Numbered from the whole stretch's first letter, positions 50,512 to 60,190 are shown. The stretch is 63,328 nucleotides of DNA, filler included, from an uncultured Methanosarcinales archaeon (GCA_964645415.1; 3 parts of 3 records of this genome joined end to end with filler, not necessarily neighbours in it), one strand, 5' to 3'. A program made the numbers and translations. The notes: generated by a model from the sequence alone, not told the origin.

Positions 50512-51762
50512 TCAAGATAAGTTATTAGAAAAATGGTTAATTATTTTTTTTACTCCATTAATACATTTATCTACATCTTTTTTTGTTCCTCTTCTAAAAG
50601 GTTTAAATGCTACAAGTTTAGGATATATTTCTTCTGTTAATGGAAGGTTTCCTTTCCCATAAAACTTTGATTTACCATCAAAAACTTTTTTAGTATGTAA
50701 CATAGAATAATATTCCACATCAAAAGGAACTCCTTCACTTCTAAAAGCTTCAATAATAGTATTTTTGTCGATAGTAAATTTAGATAAATCCAATTCAAAT
50801 CTAGTACTAAAATAACCTCCTCTTTTGAATTTTTCATCATTACGTCTGTGAGAATAAATATTTGGAATTGAACTTATTTGATTTATAAAATAGTCCATCA
50901 ATATGTTTTCTTTTTTTAATACATCATTAAAATTTTTCAGTTTTGTTAAAGCTAAAGATGCATTTAAAGCACTCATCCTAAACTTATACCCTAAACCAGT
51001 ATTTTTATAGTCACTATATTTACCGGATATTTCAGATATCCTCTCATAATGCCCAAGAATAATAGATCTTTCATAATATTTTTTTGAGTCAGTAACTAAA
51101 ATACCTCCTTCTCCTGCTGGAAGAGATTTACCTGCTTGTAAGCTAAATGCACCTATATCAAAAACAGTTCCTATTTTTTCTCCATCATAAGAAGCTCCAA
51201 AAGCATGAGATGCATCTTCGATTACAGGGATGTCATTTTTTTGACTCACTTCTTTTAATTTCTTCAAATTACTTACCTCTCCCCATAAATGAGGAATCAT
51301 AATTGCAGTTGTTGAATTTGTAATTTTACTTTTTATATCTTCTACATCAGCAGTAAGAGAATCTTTTGATATTTCACAGAAAACTGGTGTACCACCTAAT
51401 TCTAAAACAGGAAGAATAGAAGACCACCATGTATAAGAAGGACATATGACTTCTTTATTCTCAAGAGCTCTTTTAGGATCAAAACCTTCACCAACTGCAA
51501 AGAGACTTGAAAAAAGTGCACTTGTTCCATTCATGAAAGATAGAACACTTTCAGAACCTAAATAAGTCTCTAAATCTCTTTCTAATTTTTTTATTACTCC
51601 TTTCTCTACAGGAAATGATAATTCTCTGTTTTTTATTAAATCTTCAATTCTTCTTATAGCTTCATCATTAAATTTAGGGTGTTTAAAAATATATTCTGCC
51701 CTTTTTTTAGATATTGATCTTTCTCCTCCTTTAAATGCAAGTTTTTTTTCATTAAGTTTCAT
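50512..51762 (-). CDS. DegT/DnrJ/StrS PLP-dependent sugar aminotransferase
   Basis: NGTSAL, IEDASHAFGA, FSLQAGKSLPAGEGG (PLP Lys), TGLGYKFRM; GGTGA RBS. Confidence 0.93.
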   Translation of the reverse strand: MKLNEKKLAFKGGERSISKKRAEYIFKHPKFNDEAIRRIEDLIKNRELSFPVEKGVIKKLERDLETYLGSESVLSFMNGTSALFSSLFAVGEGFDPKRALENKEVICPSYTWWSSILPVLELGGTPVFCEISKDSLTADVEDIKSKITNSTTAIMIPHLWGEVSNLKKLKEVSQKNDIPVIEDASHAFGASYDGEKIGTVFDIGAFSLQAGKSLPAGEGGILVTDSKKYYERSIILGHYERISEISGKYSDYKNTGLGYKFRMSALNASLALTKLKNFNDVLKKENILMDYFINQISSIPNIYSHRRNDEKFKRGGYFSTRFELDLSKFTIDKNTIIEAFRSEGVPFDVEYYSMLHTKKVFDGKSKFYGKGNLPLTEEIYPKLVAFKPFRRGTKKDVDKCINGVKKIINHFSNNLS

Positions 51763-51773
51763 TTTAATCACCA

Positions 51774-53114
51774 TTAAACATTATTTCCAACAAATAAACC
51801 TGATACTGCTCCAGAGATCACACCTTGTATTTTTCCTGTACAATCTCCAACAAAATAAATTCCTTTAGTGCTAGATCTTAAATGATTATTCAATTTTATT
51901 CTTGGAAGAAATTTTTCAAAAACAGGTCCAGTAAGAAAAGACTGAAAAGGAATATCACCAAATATTTTCTCCATCGAATTTATGAAAGGCTTAATTTCAA
52001 TTTCATAATTATCTAATACTTTATTGAAATCACAACCACAAATACCTTCAAATGTTGGATTAAATTCTAAAATACTCTCTTTTTTAGAAGGTTTTTTTAA
52101 AATATAATCATTATAACTCTGAATGGGTAATTTTTCATTATATGATAGAGAGTTAATATCTTTAGAATATTTAAGAGCATAATAGATAGAATTTCTATTC
52201 TCTGGAACTATAATTTCATTTAATATTGCAAAATTTGTTTTCTCTGTTTTTGAAGTATGACCATGTTGTCCATCAACTGATATTTCTGAACCAATTTTAT
52301 ACTTCATTATCCTTCCACCATCACAGAAACAAAAAGAACGTATATAACTATCATTAGAGGAGAAAATTATTTTTGGGTTGGGATTTTTAATTAATAAATT
52401 CTTCAGCCATTCTCTTTGAGTTTCAATTCTTATACCAAGCATTATTTTATCAGGAAACTCATATAAAACTCCTAATTTATTTAAAAGATTAAAATTTTTT
52501 ACAATACCTCTTTTTCCTATTGCTAGTATTATTTTATCAGTCTCAATAACATTATCTTCTGTAATTATCTTCCAATAGTCTTCTTTTTTTTCAATATCAG
52601 TTAATCTTTCTCCAAAGAGAATTTCTTCACAATTATCAGTTATAATCTCTTCAAGTTTAAACATAATTTTATTCAATTCATTAAATGTTATTGGTATAGA
52701 CTCAGTTGGATTAATTTTGATATTATTATATCTTATTTTTTCTTTTTTAGTATTAGAAATTTCTAAAGAAAGACCTAATTTTTGTAGAAAATTAAATACT
52801 TTTTGAGAATATTCATTTACGATATCATAACCAAGTAATTCAACTAAAGAAGAAGAGTAATTATTTTGATAATTATCAAGATTAACTTCAAAATGCATTG
52901 AAGAACCACCAAAACCACCTAAACATCTACCATTACATATTGGTTCTTTAAGGTTAGGATTATTTATGTAAGATAAATAACTATCACAAATTTTATTTTT
53001 ATATTTATTTCCAGAATCAATTAATATGGTTTTATTACCGTTTTTAGATGATGAAAAAGCTGAAAAAATCCCTGATGGTCCAGCACCTATTACAGCAACA
53101 TCATATTTCATCAT
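51774..53114 (-). CDS. FAD-dependent oxidoreductase (COG2509-like)
   Basis: VIGAGPSG, GGFGGS, AIGKRG, GIRIE, RSFCFC, TNFAIL, FVGDCTG; ATGA overlap with kinase stop. Confidence 0.85.
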   Translation of the reverse strand: MMKYDVAVIGAGPSGIFSAFSSSKNGNKTILIDSGNKYKNKICDSYLSYINNPNLKEPICNGRCLGGFGGSSMHFEVNLDNYQNNYSSSLVELLGYDIVNEYSQKVFNFLQKLGLSLEISNTKKEKIRYNNIKINPTESIPITFNELNKIMFKLEEIITDNCEEILFGERLTDIEKKEDYWKIITEDNVIETDKIILAIGKRGIVKNFNLLNKLGVLYEFPDKIMLGIRIETQREWLKNLLIKNPNPKIIFSSNDSYIRSFCFCDGGRIMKYKIGSEISVDGQHGHTSKTEKTNFAILNEIIVPENRNSIYYALKYSKDINSLSYNEKLPIQSYNDYILKKPSKKESILEFNPTFEGICGCDFNKVLDNYEIEIKPFINSMEKIFGDIPFQSFLTGPVFEKFLPRIKLNNHLRSSTKGIYFVGDCTGKIQGVISGAVSGLFVGNNV

Positions 53115-53971
53115 ATATCCCATCCTACCATATCTAAATCGAGATTAACAAGATATGGATGAATAAATCCATCAATCTCTCTATTATTTAATTTAAGACG
53201 ATTAATTCTATGTTTAGAATACTCTGAAATTAAATTAATTAAGTTACTTATAGGTTTTCCACTTAAACAACTATACTTTTTTAAAATCTCTCCAGCATAT
53301 TTTCCATAATTCCCTTCACCACTTATGATTTTTTTTGATTTTTCTTTGGTAGATTCATTTTTGAAAAAACAAACTCCTAACATTATTAAAAAATGAATTA
53401 AATCAAATTCTTGTATTCCTTCTTTTTCAAAGTCTTCCCAATCTATGACAAAATAATTATCTTTATTAATAATTAAATTAAAAGGATCAAAATCACCATG
53501 AGTAAATCCTCTATTAACAACTAAAGTTTTTCCATTAACTTTTATTTCATCTTTAGTCTGAAAGTTTTGAGAATGAAACAAAAAAAGATCTTCTGTAACA
53601 CTTTTAAGAATTTCAAGTAAACTATTTTTAGAATCTAATTCAAGTATTAAATCACTTAATGGATTTCCTTTTATTTTTTCCATAAGAAAAAAATCTGAAA
53701 AAAGTTTTATTGTAGAAGGAGTTTTAAACGGAGATAAATCTAAATTATTCATTGTTTCAAATTCATGATTAAGTATTTTTTTATCTTCAAAAACTTTTGC
53801 AATTATTTTAGGGTTAGATTCATAACTTGATTTAATATAAACTAAAAAACGATCATGATTTTGTCTCATACCACCAGAAGGTTTAATATTAAAAATGATC
53901 TCAGAAATATCATTTTCAACTTCGTTGAAATATTTCTGAATATATTTAAGTGATTTTGTAGAAAATCCCAT
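53111..53971 (-). CDS. Aminoglycoside-phosphotransferase-like kinase
   Basis: IIAKV, LMEKIKG, THGDFDPFNLI, VIDWED. Confidence 0.85.
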   Translation of the reverse strand: MGFSTKSLKYIQKYFNEVENDISEIIFNIKPSGGMRQNHDRFLVYIKSSYESNPKIIAKVFEDKKILNHEFETMNNLDLSPFKTPSTIKLFSDFFLMEKIKGNPLSDLILELDSKNSLLEILKSVTEDLFLFHSQNFQTKDEIKVNGKTLVVNRGFTHGDFDPFNLIINKDNYFVIDWEDFEKEGIQEFDLIHFLIMLGVCFFKNESTKEKSKKIISGEGNYGKYAGEILKKYSCLSGKPISNLINLISEYSKHRINRLKLNNREIDGFIHPYLVNLDLDMVGWDI

Positions 53972-53972
53972 T

Positions 53973-55217
53973 TTAATCACAATTAAAAACTTCTGATGAT
54001 TGTTTAGTTATTCCACATTTTTTACATGTAAAATTCCATCCGTCTTTAAGTTTCATTTCCTTTTCATTACAGTTTGGACAATTTAATTTTTTTTGTGAAT
54101 AATTATTATTTGATTTAACTCTTACCTCTTCATTAAGTGAATGTTTTTCATTAGGAGGAAAAGAAAACATATCATATATCTTCATTACTTTTTTCCCATG
54201 ATTTAAACCTGATTTCTTAGGTTTTTTTCTATTTTTTATACAGTTAACAAAATAATTTAATTCATTAATATAACCGTATAATGCATGGGAATGTAAACTT
54301 AGTGCACCTAAAGGTCTCCTTGTACTAGGAGTATAAAGATCAATATGATTTTTCTTACCAACAAAATTTGTCCCTCTACTATAACTTTCAACATCTCTAT
54401 TATTATAGTATCTAATTTCTTCTCCTGATTTCAATTCAATCATTGGACCTTCTCCAACAATCTTGAGTGTTTCTAAAGGACCAATTTTTTTAACTCCAGA
54501 GGTCATATGAAGTACACCTTTATATAGACCATGATCTAATAATGCAAATCCATCACTCTCTCCAGAAGTAAAATACTCCATAGATTCAGGCATATCAAAT
54601 AAACTTACTATTTGAGAAATAGGATGAACAATATCATCTAAAAAACGTCTACTTTCCGGTTTCATTAGATTACGTATATCACTAGGTAAATCAACAGCAT
54701 ATGATATCTCATAAGATTGTACTTTTCCAAAATCACTTCTTTGAATAAGTTTTTTTACTTTTTCTATAGCTGGAGCAAACATCATTTTAAAACCAATTTG
54801 AACAAAGGCATCTGAATTTTTTTCAGCTTCCTCTATAATTTCATAATGAATTCTAGAAGAGGCAGGAGGTTTTTCAATGAAAACATTTGTATTTGATTCA
54901 AGAATTTTTGCGGTAATTTCAGGATAAGTTGGTTTTCCTGTTTCAAGATCAAAACTTGTAATAACAATAACACCATCAAGATTTAAATCTAACATTTTTT
55001 TAAAGTCTGTAAAGTAATTTTTGGCACCATACTTATCAGAATACATTTTTGCTTTTTCTGAATTAATATCACATGTAGCCACTAAATTAGCTTCATCAAT
55101 AAATCTCAATGAAGGTAATATATTTCTAAAGGCATGTGATCCACAACCAATTAATCCTAAATTAATTGTTGAATCATCATTGATGATTTCTCCTTCTTTA
55201 CCTAAATTTTTTTTCAT
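53973..55217 (-). CDS. Gfo/Idh/MocA NAD(P)-dependent oxidoreductase with C-terminal zinc ribbon
   Basis: GLIGCGSH, VFIEKPPA, LDDIVH; CPNC...CKKC tail. Confidence 0.9.
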   Translation of the reverse strand: MKKNLGKEGEIINDDSTINLGLIGCGSHAFRNILPSLRFIDEANLVATCDINSEKAKMYSDKYGAKNYFTDFKKMLDLNLDGVIVITSFDLETGKPTYPEITAKILESNTNVFIEKPPASSRIHYEIIEEAEKNSDAFVQIGFKMMFAPAIEKVKKLIQRSDFGKVQSYEISYAVDLPSDIRNLMKPESRRFLDDIVHPISQIVSLFDMPESMEYFTSGESDGFALLDHGLYKGVLHMTSGVKKIGPLETLKIVGEGPMIELKSGEEIRYYNNRDVESYSRGTNFVGKKNHIDLYTPSTRRPLGALSLHSHALYGYINELNYFVNCIKNRKKPKKSGLNHGKKVMKIYDMFSFPPNEKHSLNEEVRVKSNNNYSQKKLNCPNCNEKEMKLKDGWNFTCKKCGITKQSSEVFNCD

Positions 55218-56464
55218 AATTCCACCTCAATCTTTGGAAAAATTTCTTTTGCAATCTGATAACCACCAGGTTTATCTTTTATGAAGTATTTCAGTTTCTT
55301 TCTTTGTTTAAGAATAAGATTCTTTCTAAATGTTTCATTACCTAGACTTTTTATTAACAAAGATTTTCTCTTTAAATCTTGATAGACTGGGTGTGAAGTG
55401 TTTTTCATTAATTCACTTATTTTTTCATAAATATAGTGAACTTCACTTTCTTTTGTACTTTTTAATTCTTCAAAATAATCTGATAATAATAATTTTGGAA
55501 ATGTACCATCTTGACTTGAAGTAGAGTTCATGAGCCTTTCATAATTAGGATAATGTCCATCATGTTGTTCAGGTAGAAAGAATACAGGGGTTTCATAATA
55601 AAGTGATTCATAAAGTGAAGTTATTGATGGAGGACACAAAAAACCTATAGCTCGATTAATGTTTTTTAGCATATCTTTATGAGAAAGTAATCCACAATTA
55701 AATTTAGTTCTTTCTTTCACTTTCTTCATAACTTTAGGATTTCCTACAAGAATAGGTTCTATTCCGTCTAATTCTTGAAGAGGTTCTTTCAATAATTTTA
55801 AACAGAATAATCCATACTCTAAAGCCATATCAACATCAACAATAGGAGATAATTGACCAGAAAGAGAGATTAATAATTTATCTCTTTTAATTTCTTTATC
55901 TTTATAACTATCGTCAATAATAGGATTTACTTTTTTGAATTTTCTATTTTGAAATTTACTTTGGTTAGATTTTTTTCCAGGATATTTTTGTAAAAAAGAC
56001 AAATCTGAAAATTGATGAGTTACTTTTTGTCTATTATGTGGATCTATTTTATCTAAGGTATTTATAATCATTTCAGGAGAATAATTATATAAAGAATTAT
56101 CCAAATCTTTCAATAAGTTTTCAAAAGAATTATCCCAATTCCAAAACCAATGTAAACTATCAATAGAAAAAACATTCATGTTGTATTTTTTTGCTAAAAC
56201 TACAGAATAAGGTTCCATAACACTAATTAATCCTACATAATTATTAGATTTAATTAAATTAATTAGTTTATTTTTTGTAGATTCATATATGTTATTAAAT
56301 AATTCAGAGTTACCTTTGACAAACGTAAGAGCTGTATCATCACCAATGAAATCAAATTCAGCTTCATTACCATATTTACTTTTCAAAATAGATACTATTG
56401 TAACTCCTTTAGAGACAGGCCCAAATCCAAAACTTTGAGCAGTAATTAAAAATCTTGGTTTCAT
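55214..56464 (-). CDS. GT-B glycosyltransferase resembling cytosylglucuronate (CGA) synthase family
   Basis: AQSFGFGPVSK, ISVMEP, IDSLHWFW, VNPII, LSHKDML, PSITSLYES...PVFFLPEQHDGH. Confidence 0.65.
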   Translation of the reverse strand: MKPRFLITAQSFGFGPVSKGVTIVSILKSKYGNEAEFDFIGDDTALTFVKGNSELFNNIYESTKNKLINLIKSNNYVGLISVMEPYSVVLAKKYNMNVFSIDSLHWFWNWDNSFENLLKDLDNSLYNYSPEMIINTLDKIDPHNRQKVTHQFSDLSFLQKYPGKKSNQSKFQNRKFKKVNPIIDDSYKDKEIKRDKLLISLSGQLSPIVDVDMALEYGLFCLKLLKEPLQELDGIEPILVGNPKVMKKVKERTKFNCGLLSHKDMLKNINRAIGFLCPPSITSLYESLYYETPVFFLPEQHDGHYPNYERLMNSTSSQDGTFPKLLLSDYFEELKSTKESEVHYIYEKISELMKNTSHPVYQDLKRKSLLIKSLGNETFRKNLILKQRKKLKYFIKDKPGGYQIAKEIFPKIEVEL

Positions 56465-57130
56465 TTATTCCACCTTTTTATCTCTTTTTTTACCTAAAAA
56501 AGACCAAAATATCTGTTCTTTACTCTCATCTGGCAGTGGTATATTTTTAAATTTGTACATTTCATTAATGATAAAAAATGGTTTAAAAGTATTAATTAAA
56601 TCATCAGAAGTAAGTCTAAAAGGACCATCACCTGTTTTTGAAGGAGGGATATCATTAGAAAATCCTCTAAGAAAGAACAAACCATTCTTTTTTAAAATGT
56701 TAAAAACATTAGAAGCATATTTAGTTCTATCAGAAACAGGGATATGATGAAAACAATTCTTATCAATAACTAAATCAAAATTTTTCGAAATACTTTCAAT
56801 ATCTATTTCTAAAAAATCTTCATGGATAAAATCAACATCTGTTGAATAAAATTTAGCCAAATGTTTAGCTTTATTTAAAGCGTTTTCATTAAAATCAACT
56901 GCAGTTACATCCATTCCTTGTCGAGAAAGATAAACAGACTCAGTACCTACTCCACATCCAATTTCTAAAACTTTTAATCCAACGTCAATTTTTCCAGATA
57001 TTACCTTTTTTAAAAGTACTATTCCAACTGCACCAGTAACCCATGGAGTTTCTTTGATTGAAAGTTCCTGATTATATTGTTCTTCAAAATAAGATTCAAC
57101 TACTTTTCTATTTTCTTGCCAATTTGACAT
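56465..57130 (-). CDS. Class I SAM-dependent small-molecule methyltransferase
   Basis: TPWVTG, VLEIGCGVG, VTAVDF, FDLVIDKNCFHHI. Confidence 0.9.
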   Translation of the reverse strand: MSNWQENRKVVESYFEEQYNQELSIKETPWVTGAVGIVLLKKVISGKIDVGLKVLEIGCGVGTESVYLSRQGMDVTAVDFNENALNKAKHLAKFYSTDVDFIHEDFLEIDIESISKNFDLVIDKNCFHHIPVSDRTKYASNVFNILKKNGLFFLRGFSNDIPPSKTGDGPFRLTSDDLINTFKPFFIINEMYKFKNIPLPDESKEQIFWSFLGKKRDKKVE

Positions 57131-57136
57131 TATAAA

Positions 57137-58285
57137 TCACCTAAGATATTTTTTCAATACTTTGGGAATATCAAAACTACCAGAACTATTCTGATAATTT
57201 TCAATTATCCCTGAAATTACTCTTGGGATAGATAAACCACTTCCATGAAGGGTATGAAGATATTTTTCTTTACCACTTAATGTCTTATATTTTGCGTTCA
57301 TCCTCCTTGATTGAAATTCTCCTAACATAGAACAGCTTGATATTTCTACCCACTTCTTAGAACCAGGAAAATATATTTCAAAGTCTCTGGTTTGTTTTGA
57401 AGCTATACCCATATCATCAGAAGATAAAAGAATTTCACGATAAGGTAACTTTAAACATTCAATTATTTCTCGACAACTATTTAAAAGATGATTATATTCT
57501 TCCTTCACATTATCAGATGTTGTTGCTTTAAATAACTCTACTTTACCAAATTCATGAAGTGTAGTATATTTCGTAATTTTTTTATCTCTTTCTACTCTAA
57601 AAGATCTTGAATAACCTACTAACCTTAAAGGGAGATCATTTTGAGAAAAAGAATAATCACTAAGTAAGTTAGTAATTTGTATTTCAGCAGTTGGATTCAA
57701 ATAGAGATTTTCATTTTCTATTTTATATACATTATTTTTCTTTCTAGGAAAAGCTCCAGTTTGAAACATAGAAATATCATTAACAATTGTTGGAACAGAA
57801 ACTTCTTCAAAACCATTCTCAACATTTTTTTCAATCATAAAGTTTATTAAAGCTCGTTCTAATTTTGCTCCTTTTCTAAAAAGAAAGGGAAATCCTTCAC
57901 AATAAATTCTATCAGCAATATCTTTTTTAAATATCCCACAATCTTCTCCTATTTTTTTATAATCATTTGGAGAAGACAAATTTTTATTATATTCTCTTTT
58001 ATTTATAACTTTAAAACCATCAGATGATTTAGGCACAATTTCTAATGTTTCATTTGAAATTTTCAAGTAATTAAGAATCAAATCCTTCAAATTTCCTTTT
58101 AAATTTTTTTCACCATTAATATAGCTTCTTGAAAGATTTATAACATCATCAGGATTAATATCATCTTTTTCATTTAATTTATCATATGAATTAAGGAAAT
58201 TAACGTAAAAAGAAGTTGAACCTCTAATTTTTGTTTGATTGTAGAAATAATCTCTATTATTAACTAATCTATTAGGATCTAACAT
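57137..58285 (-). CDS. Divergent seryl-tRNA synthetase paralog with shortened N-terminal arm
   Basis: LERALINFM, LNPTAE, FRVER, LHEFGKVE, EISSCS, FQSRR, HTLHGSGL..PR, IENYQ. Confidence 0.85.
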   Translation of the reverse strand: MLDPNRLVNNRDYFYNQTKIRGSTSFYVNFLNSYDKLNEKDDINPDDVINLSRSYINGEKNLKGNLKDLILNYLKISNETLEIVPKSSDGFKVINKREYNKNLSSPNDYKKIGEDCGIFKKDIADRIYCEGFPFLFRKGAKLERALINFMIEKNVENGFEEVSVPTIVNDISMFQTGAFPRKKNNVYKIENENLYLNPTAEIQITNLLSDYSFSQNDLPLRLVGYSRSFRVERDKKITKYTTLHEFGKVELFKATTSDNVKEEYNHLLNSCREIIECLKLPYREILLSSDDMGIASKQTRDFEIYFPGSKKWVEISSCSMLGEFQSRRMNAKYKTLSGKEKYLHTLHGSGLSIPRVISGIIENYQNSSGSFDIPKVLKKYLR

Positions 58286-58309
58286 GTTATTTTCTGAAAA
58301 AAAGTACGA

Positions 58310-58318
58310 TTTATAAAA
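58310..58318 (-). promoter_or_regulatory. Putative archaeal TATA box of the 7-gene operon
   Basis: TTTTATAAA on minus strand ~25 nt before ATG 58285 (leaderless-type spacing); AT-rich background limits certainty. Confidence 0.45.
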
Positions 58319-58470
58319 TTAACGAATTGTAACCATATTATAGTAGATATAAACCTCTAAAAAAAATAATTCCGTATTAATCTATTATAAATTTTTTTAA
58401 ATCTAAACAAACTAATAAATTACTTTTGTTGAAAGAATCCTGAAATTTTCATTTCCTTTTAATTTTTTTA

Positions 58471-58926
58471 TTAATCAACACAATATAATATTATTGAATC
58501 TTGTTTTAATATAAAGTAAAAATCTTTATCTTTTAGTTCTTTATTATAAAATCTTTTTGGAAATCGAATATTAATTCCTTCATTTCTCCAACCACATAAA
58601 TCTTCTCCATAAATATTCAAAAAACTATTTTTTTTAGACTTAGGTTTTAAAGATATATATTCAACTTTTACCTCGTTATTTTTTATATCAACATCAGGAA
58701 ATTTTTCTACTAGGTCTTTTGTTTCATCACATTTATCTTCTAATTTAGTAGAACCCCAAGTAGTTTCATTTAATTCTTTCAAAACATCTTTATCAGAATT
58801 AAAAACTTTAGCTAATTGCAATATAGAAAGTTTAATAATAATTTCTTTTTGTTTATAATCACCAATAATTTTTACTGTTTTACTATCATCCAACAACTCC
58901 ATATCATTGTATTTAATCTCAATCAT
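58471..58926 (-). CDS. Hypothetical protein
   Basis: 151-aa ORF, no motif recognised. Confidence 0.6.
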   Translation of the reverse strand: MIEIKYNDMELLDDSKTVKIIGDYKQKEIIIKLSILQLAKVFNSDKDVLKELNETTWGSTKLEDKCDETKDLVEKFPDVDIKNNEVKVEYISLKPKSKKNSFLNIYGEDLCGWRNEGINIRFPKRFYNKELKDKDFYFILKQDSIILYCVD

Positions 58927-58998
58927 AGATGTATTTTAAAATTATAATTTATAATATTTTTTATTAAAATCAATAAACTCATTAATTATTTCTTTCAA

Positions 58999-59030
58999 TT
59001 AGATGATTTTGATAGAAAATGTCTTTAGCA
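58999..59030 (+). repeat. Short repeat B copy
   Basis: TTAGATGATTTTGATAGA...CTTTAGCA matches 22210-22268. Confidence 0.6.
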
Positions 59031-59037
59031 ATAATAA

Positions 59038-59610
59038 TTAAATAAAATTATATCCTAATTTTTTTAGAGGATTAAAATATTTATTAGTATTTTCTTTACG
59101 TAATTTAATAATCTCTTTTAATAAATTTTTTTTAAGATTTCCCTTCAGTAATTTTAAATCATTTATGTCTTTTTTTCGACTTAAAGAAATTTTATGAACA
59201 ACTATACCTTCCTTAGGTACAATAAAAATTTCTTTTCCATAAAAATTTATCTTTTCTTTATTATAAAATTGCTTTTCAAAAGAATTCTTCTGAGATATTT
59301 TATTTGGAATAAAGCTAATTGCTTCTATTTCTTGTCCTTTAAAATTTAAATCAAAATAGTAATCTTTTGTAACAAAATCACCTTTCTTTATACTTCTTTT
59401 TTTGACTTTCTTATTAAACTTATTAGCTAACTTATTCAAGCTTTCATAATTCATTAAAATATCTATATCATCAAACTTTCTTTTTCCATTAGTATAGATA
59501 TATATTCCAAAACCACCAAAGATAAAATAATCTAAGTCTTTTAGATAATTTATAAATTCTAAGATTACACATCTTTTTTCAACACTTAAAGAATTATCAT
59601 TAAACGTCAT
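59038..59610 (-). CDS. Pol-beta-superfamily nucleotidyltransferase-like protein
   Basis: FIFGGFG..Y...RKFDDIDIL, K....RKKDINDL. Confidence 0.75.
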   Translation of the reverse strand: MTFNDNSLSVEKRCVILEFINYLKDLDYFIFGGFGIYIYTNGKRKFDDIDILMNYESLNKLANKFNKKVKKRSIKKGDFVTKDYYFDLNFKGQEIEAISFIPNKISQKNSFEKQFYNKEKINFYGKEIFIVPKEGIVVHKISLSRKKDINDLKLLKGNLKKNLLKEIIKLRKENTNKYFNPLKKLGYNFI

Positions 59611-59661
59611 ATAAGATTATTAAAATAATATTATAAAACAGTTATGATTAAAAATTAATAA

Positions 59662-60183
59662 TTCAAGAAAATCTTTTTTAAAATTAAAAAATCATTAATA
59701 AAAGAAATTACAAAAAAGACACTATTTGATTCTAAAACAGTATTAGTCACATTAATGTTTACATTAGCTTTTGTTCAATTAGTAATAGCATCTGAACATA
59801 ATATGCTTCAAAGAGAATCAATATTTGAAACAATAGCACTTTTATTTAGTAATTTTTCTGTAGATTATATTTTCATATCACCATTTATTGGCGCATTTGG
59901 TTCTTTTGTAACAGGATCAGCAACAGTTTCAAATTTAATTTTTGGTTCTCTTCAATATAATTTAGCAACAGTAAATAATATTTCAACAAGTCTTATTTTA
60001 GCTCTTCAATCATCGGGTGCAGCATTTGGAAATATGATAGCAATTCATAATGTAATTGCATTATTAGCACTTTTAAAATTAAAAAATCAAGAAAGTAAAA
60101 TCATAAAAAATAACTTAAAAGTATGTTTATTATTTTGTTTAATAGCATCATTTATTGGTTTTATAATTTATTTTTTAATTTAA
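59662..60183 (+). pseudogene. lctP: L-lactate permease C-terminal fragment (5'-truncated)
   Basis: SPFIGAFGSFVTGSATVSNLIFGSLQ, ALQSSGAAFGNMIAIHNV; frame opens at 59662 with no start codon; N-terminal two-thirds absent. Confidence 0.75.
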
Positions 60184-60190
60184 TCAATCT

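Noticed and set aside
50512..58285. Ordinary surface-glycan (nucleotide-sugar) cluster
   Set aside because: DegT and Gfo/Idh genes would fit, but there is no flippase, GT2/GT4, NDP-sugar epimerase or AglB, and a SerRS paralog plus APH kinase are atypical. Disfavoured rather than excluded.
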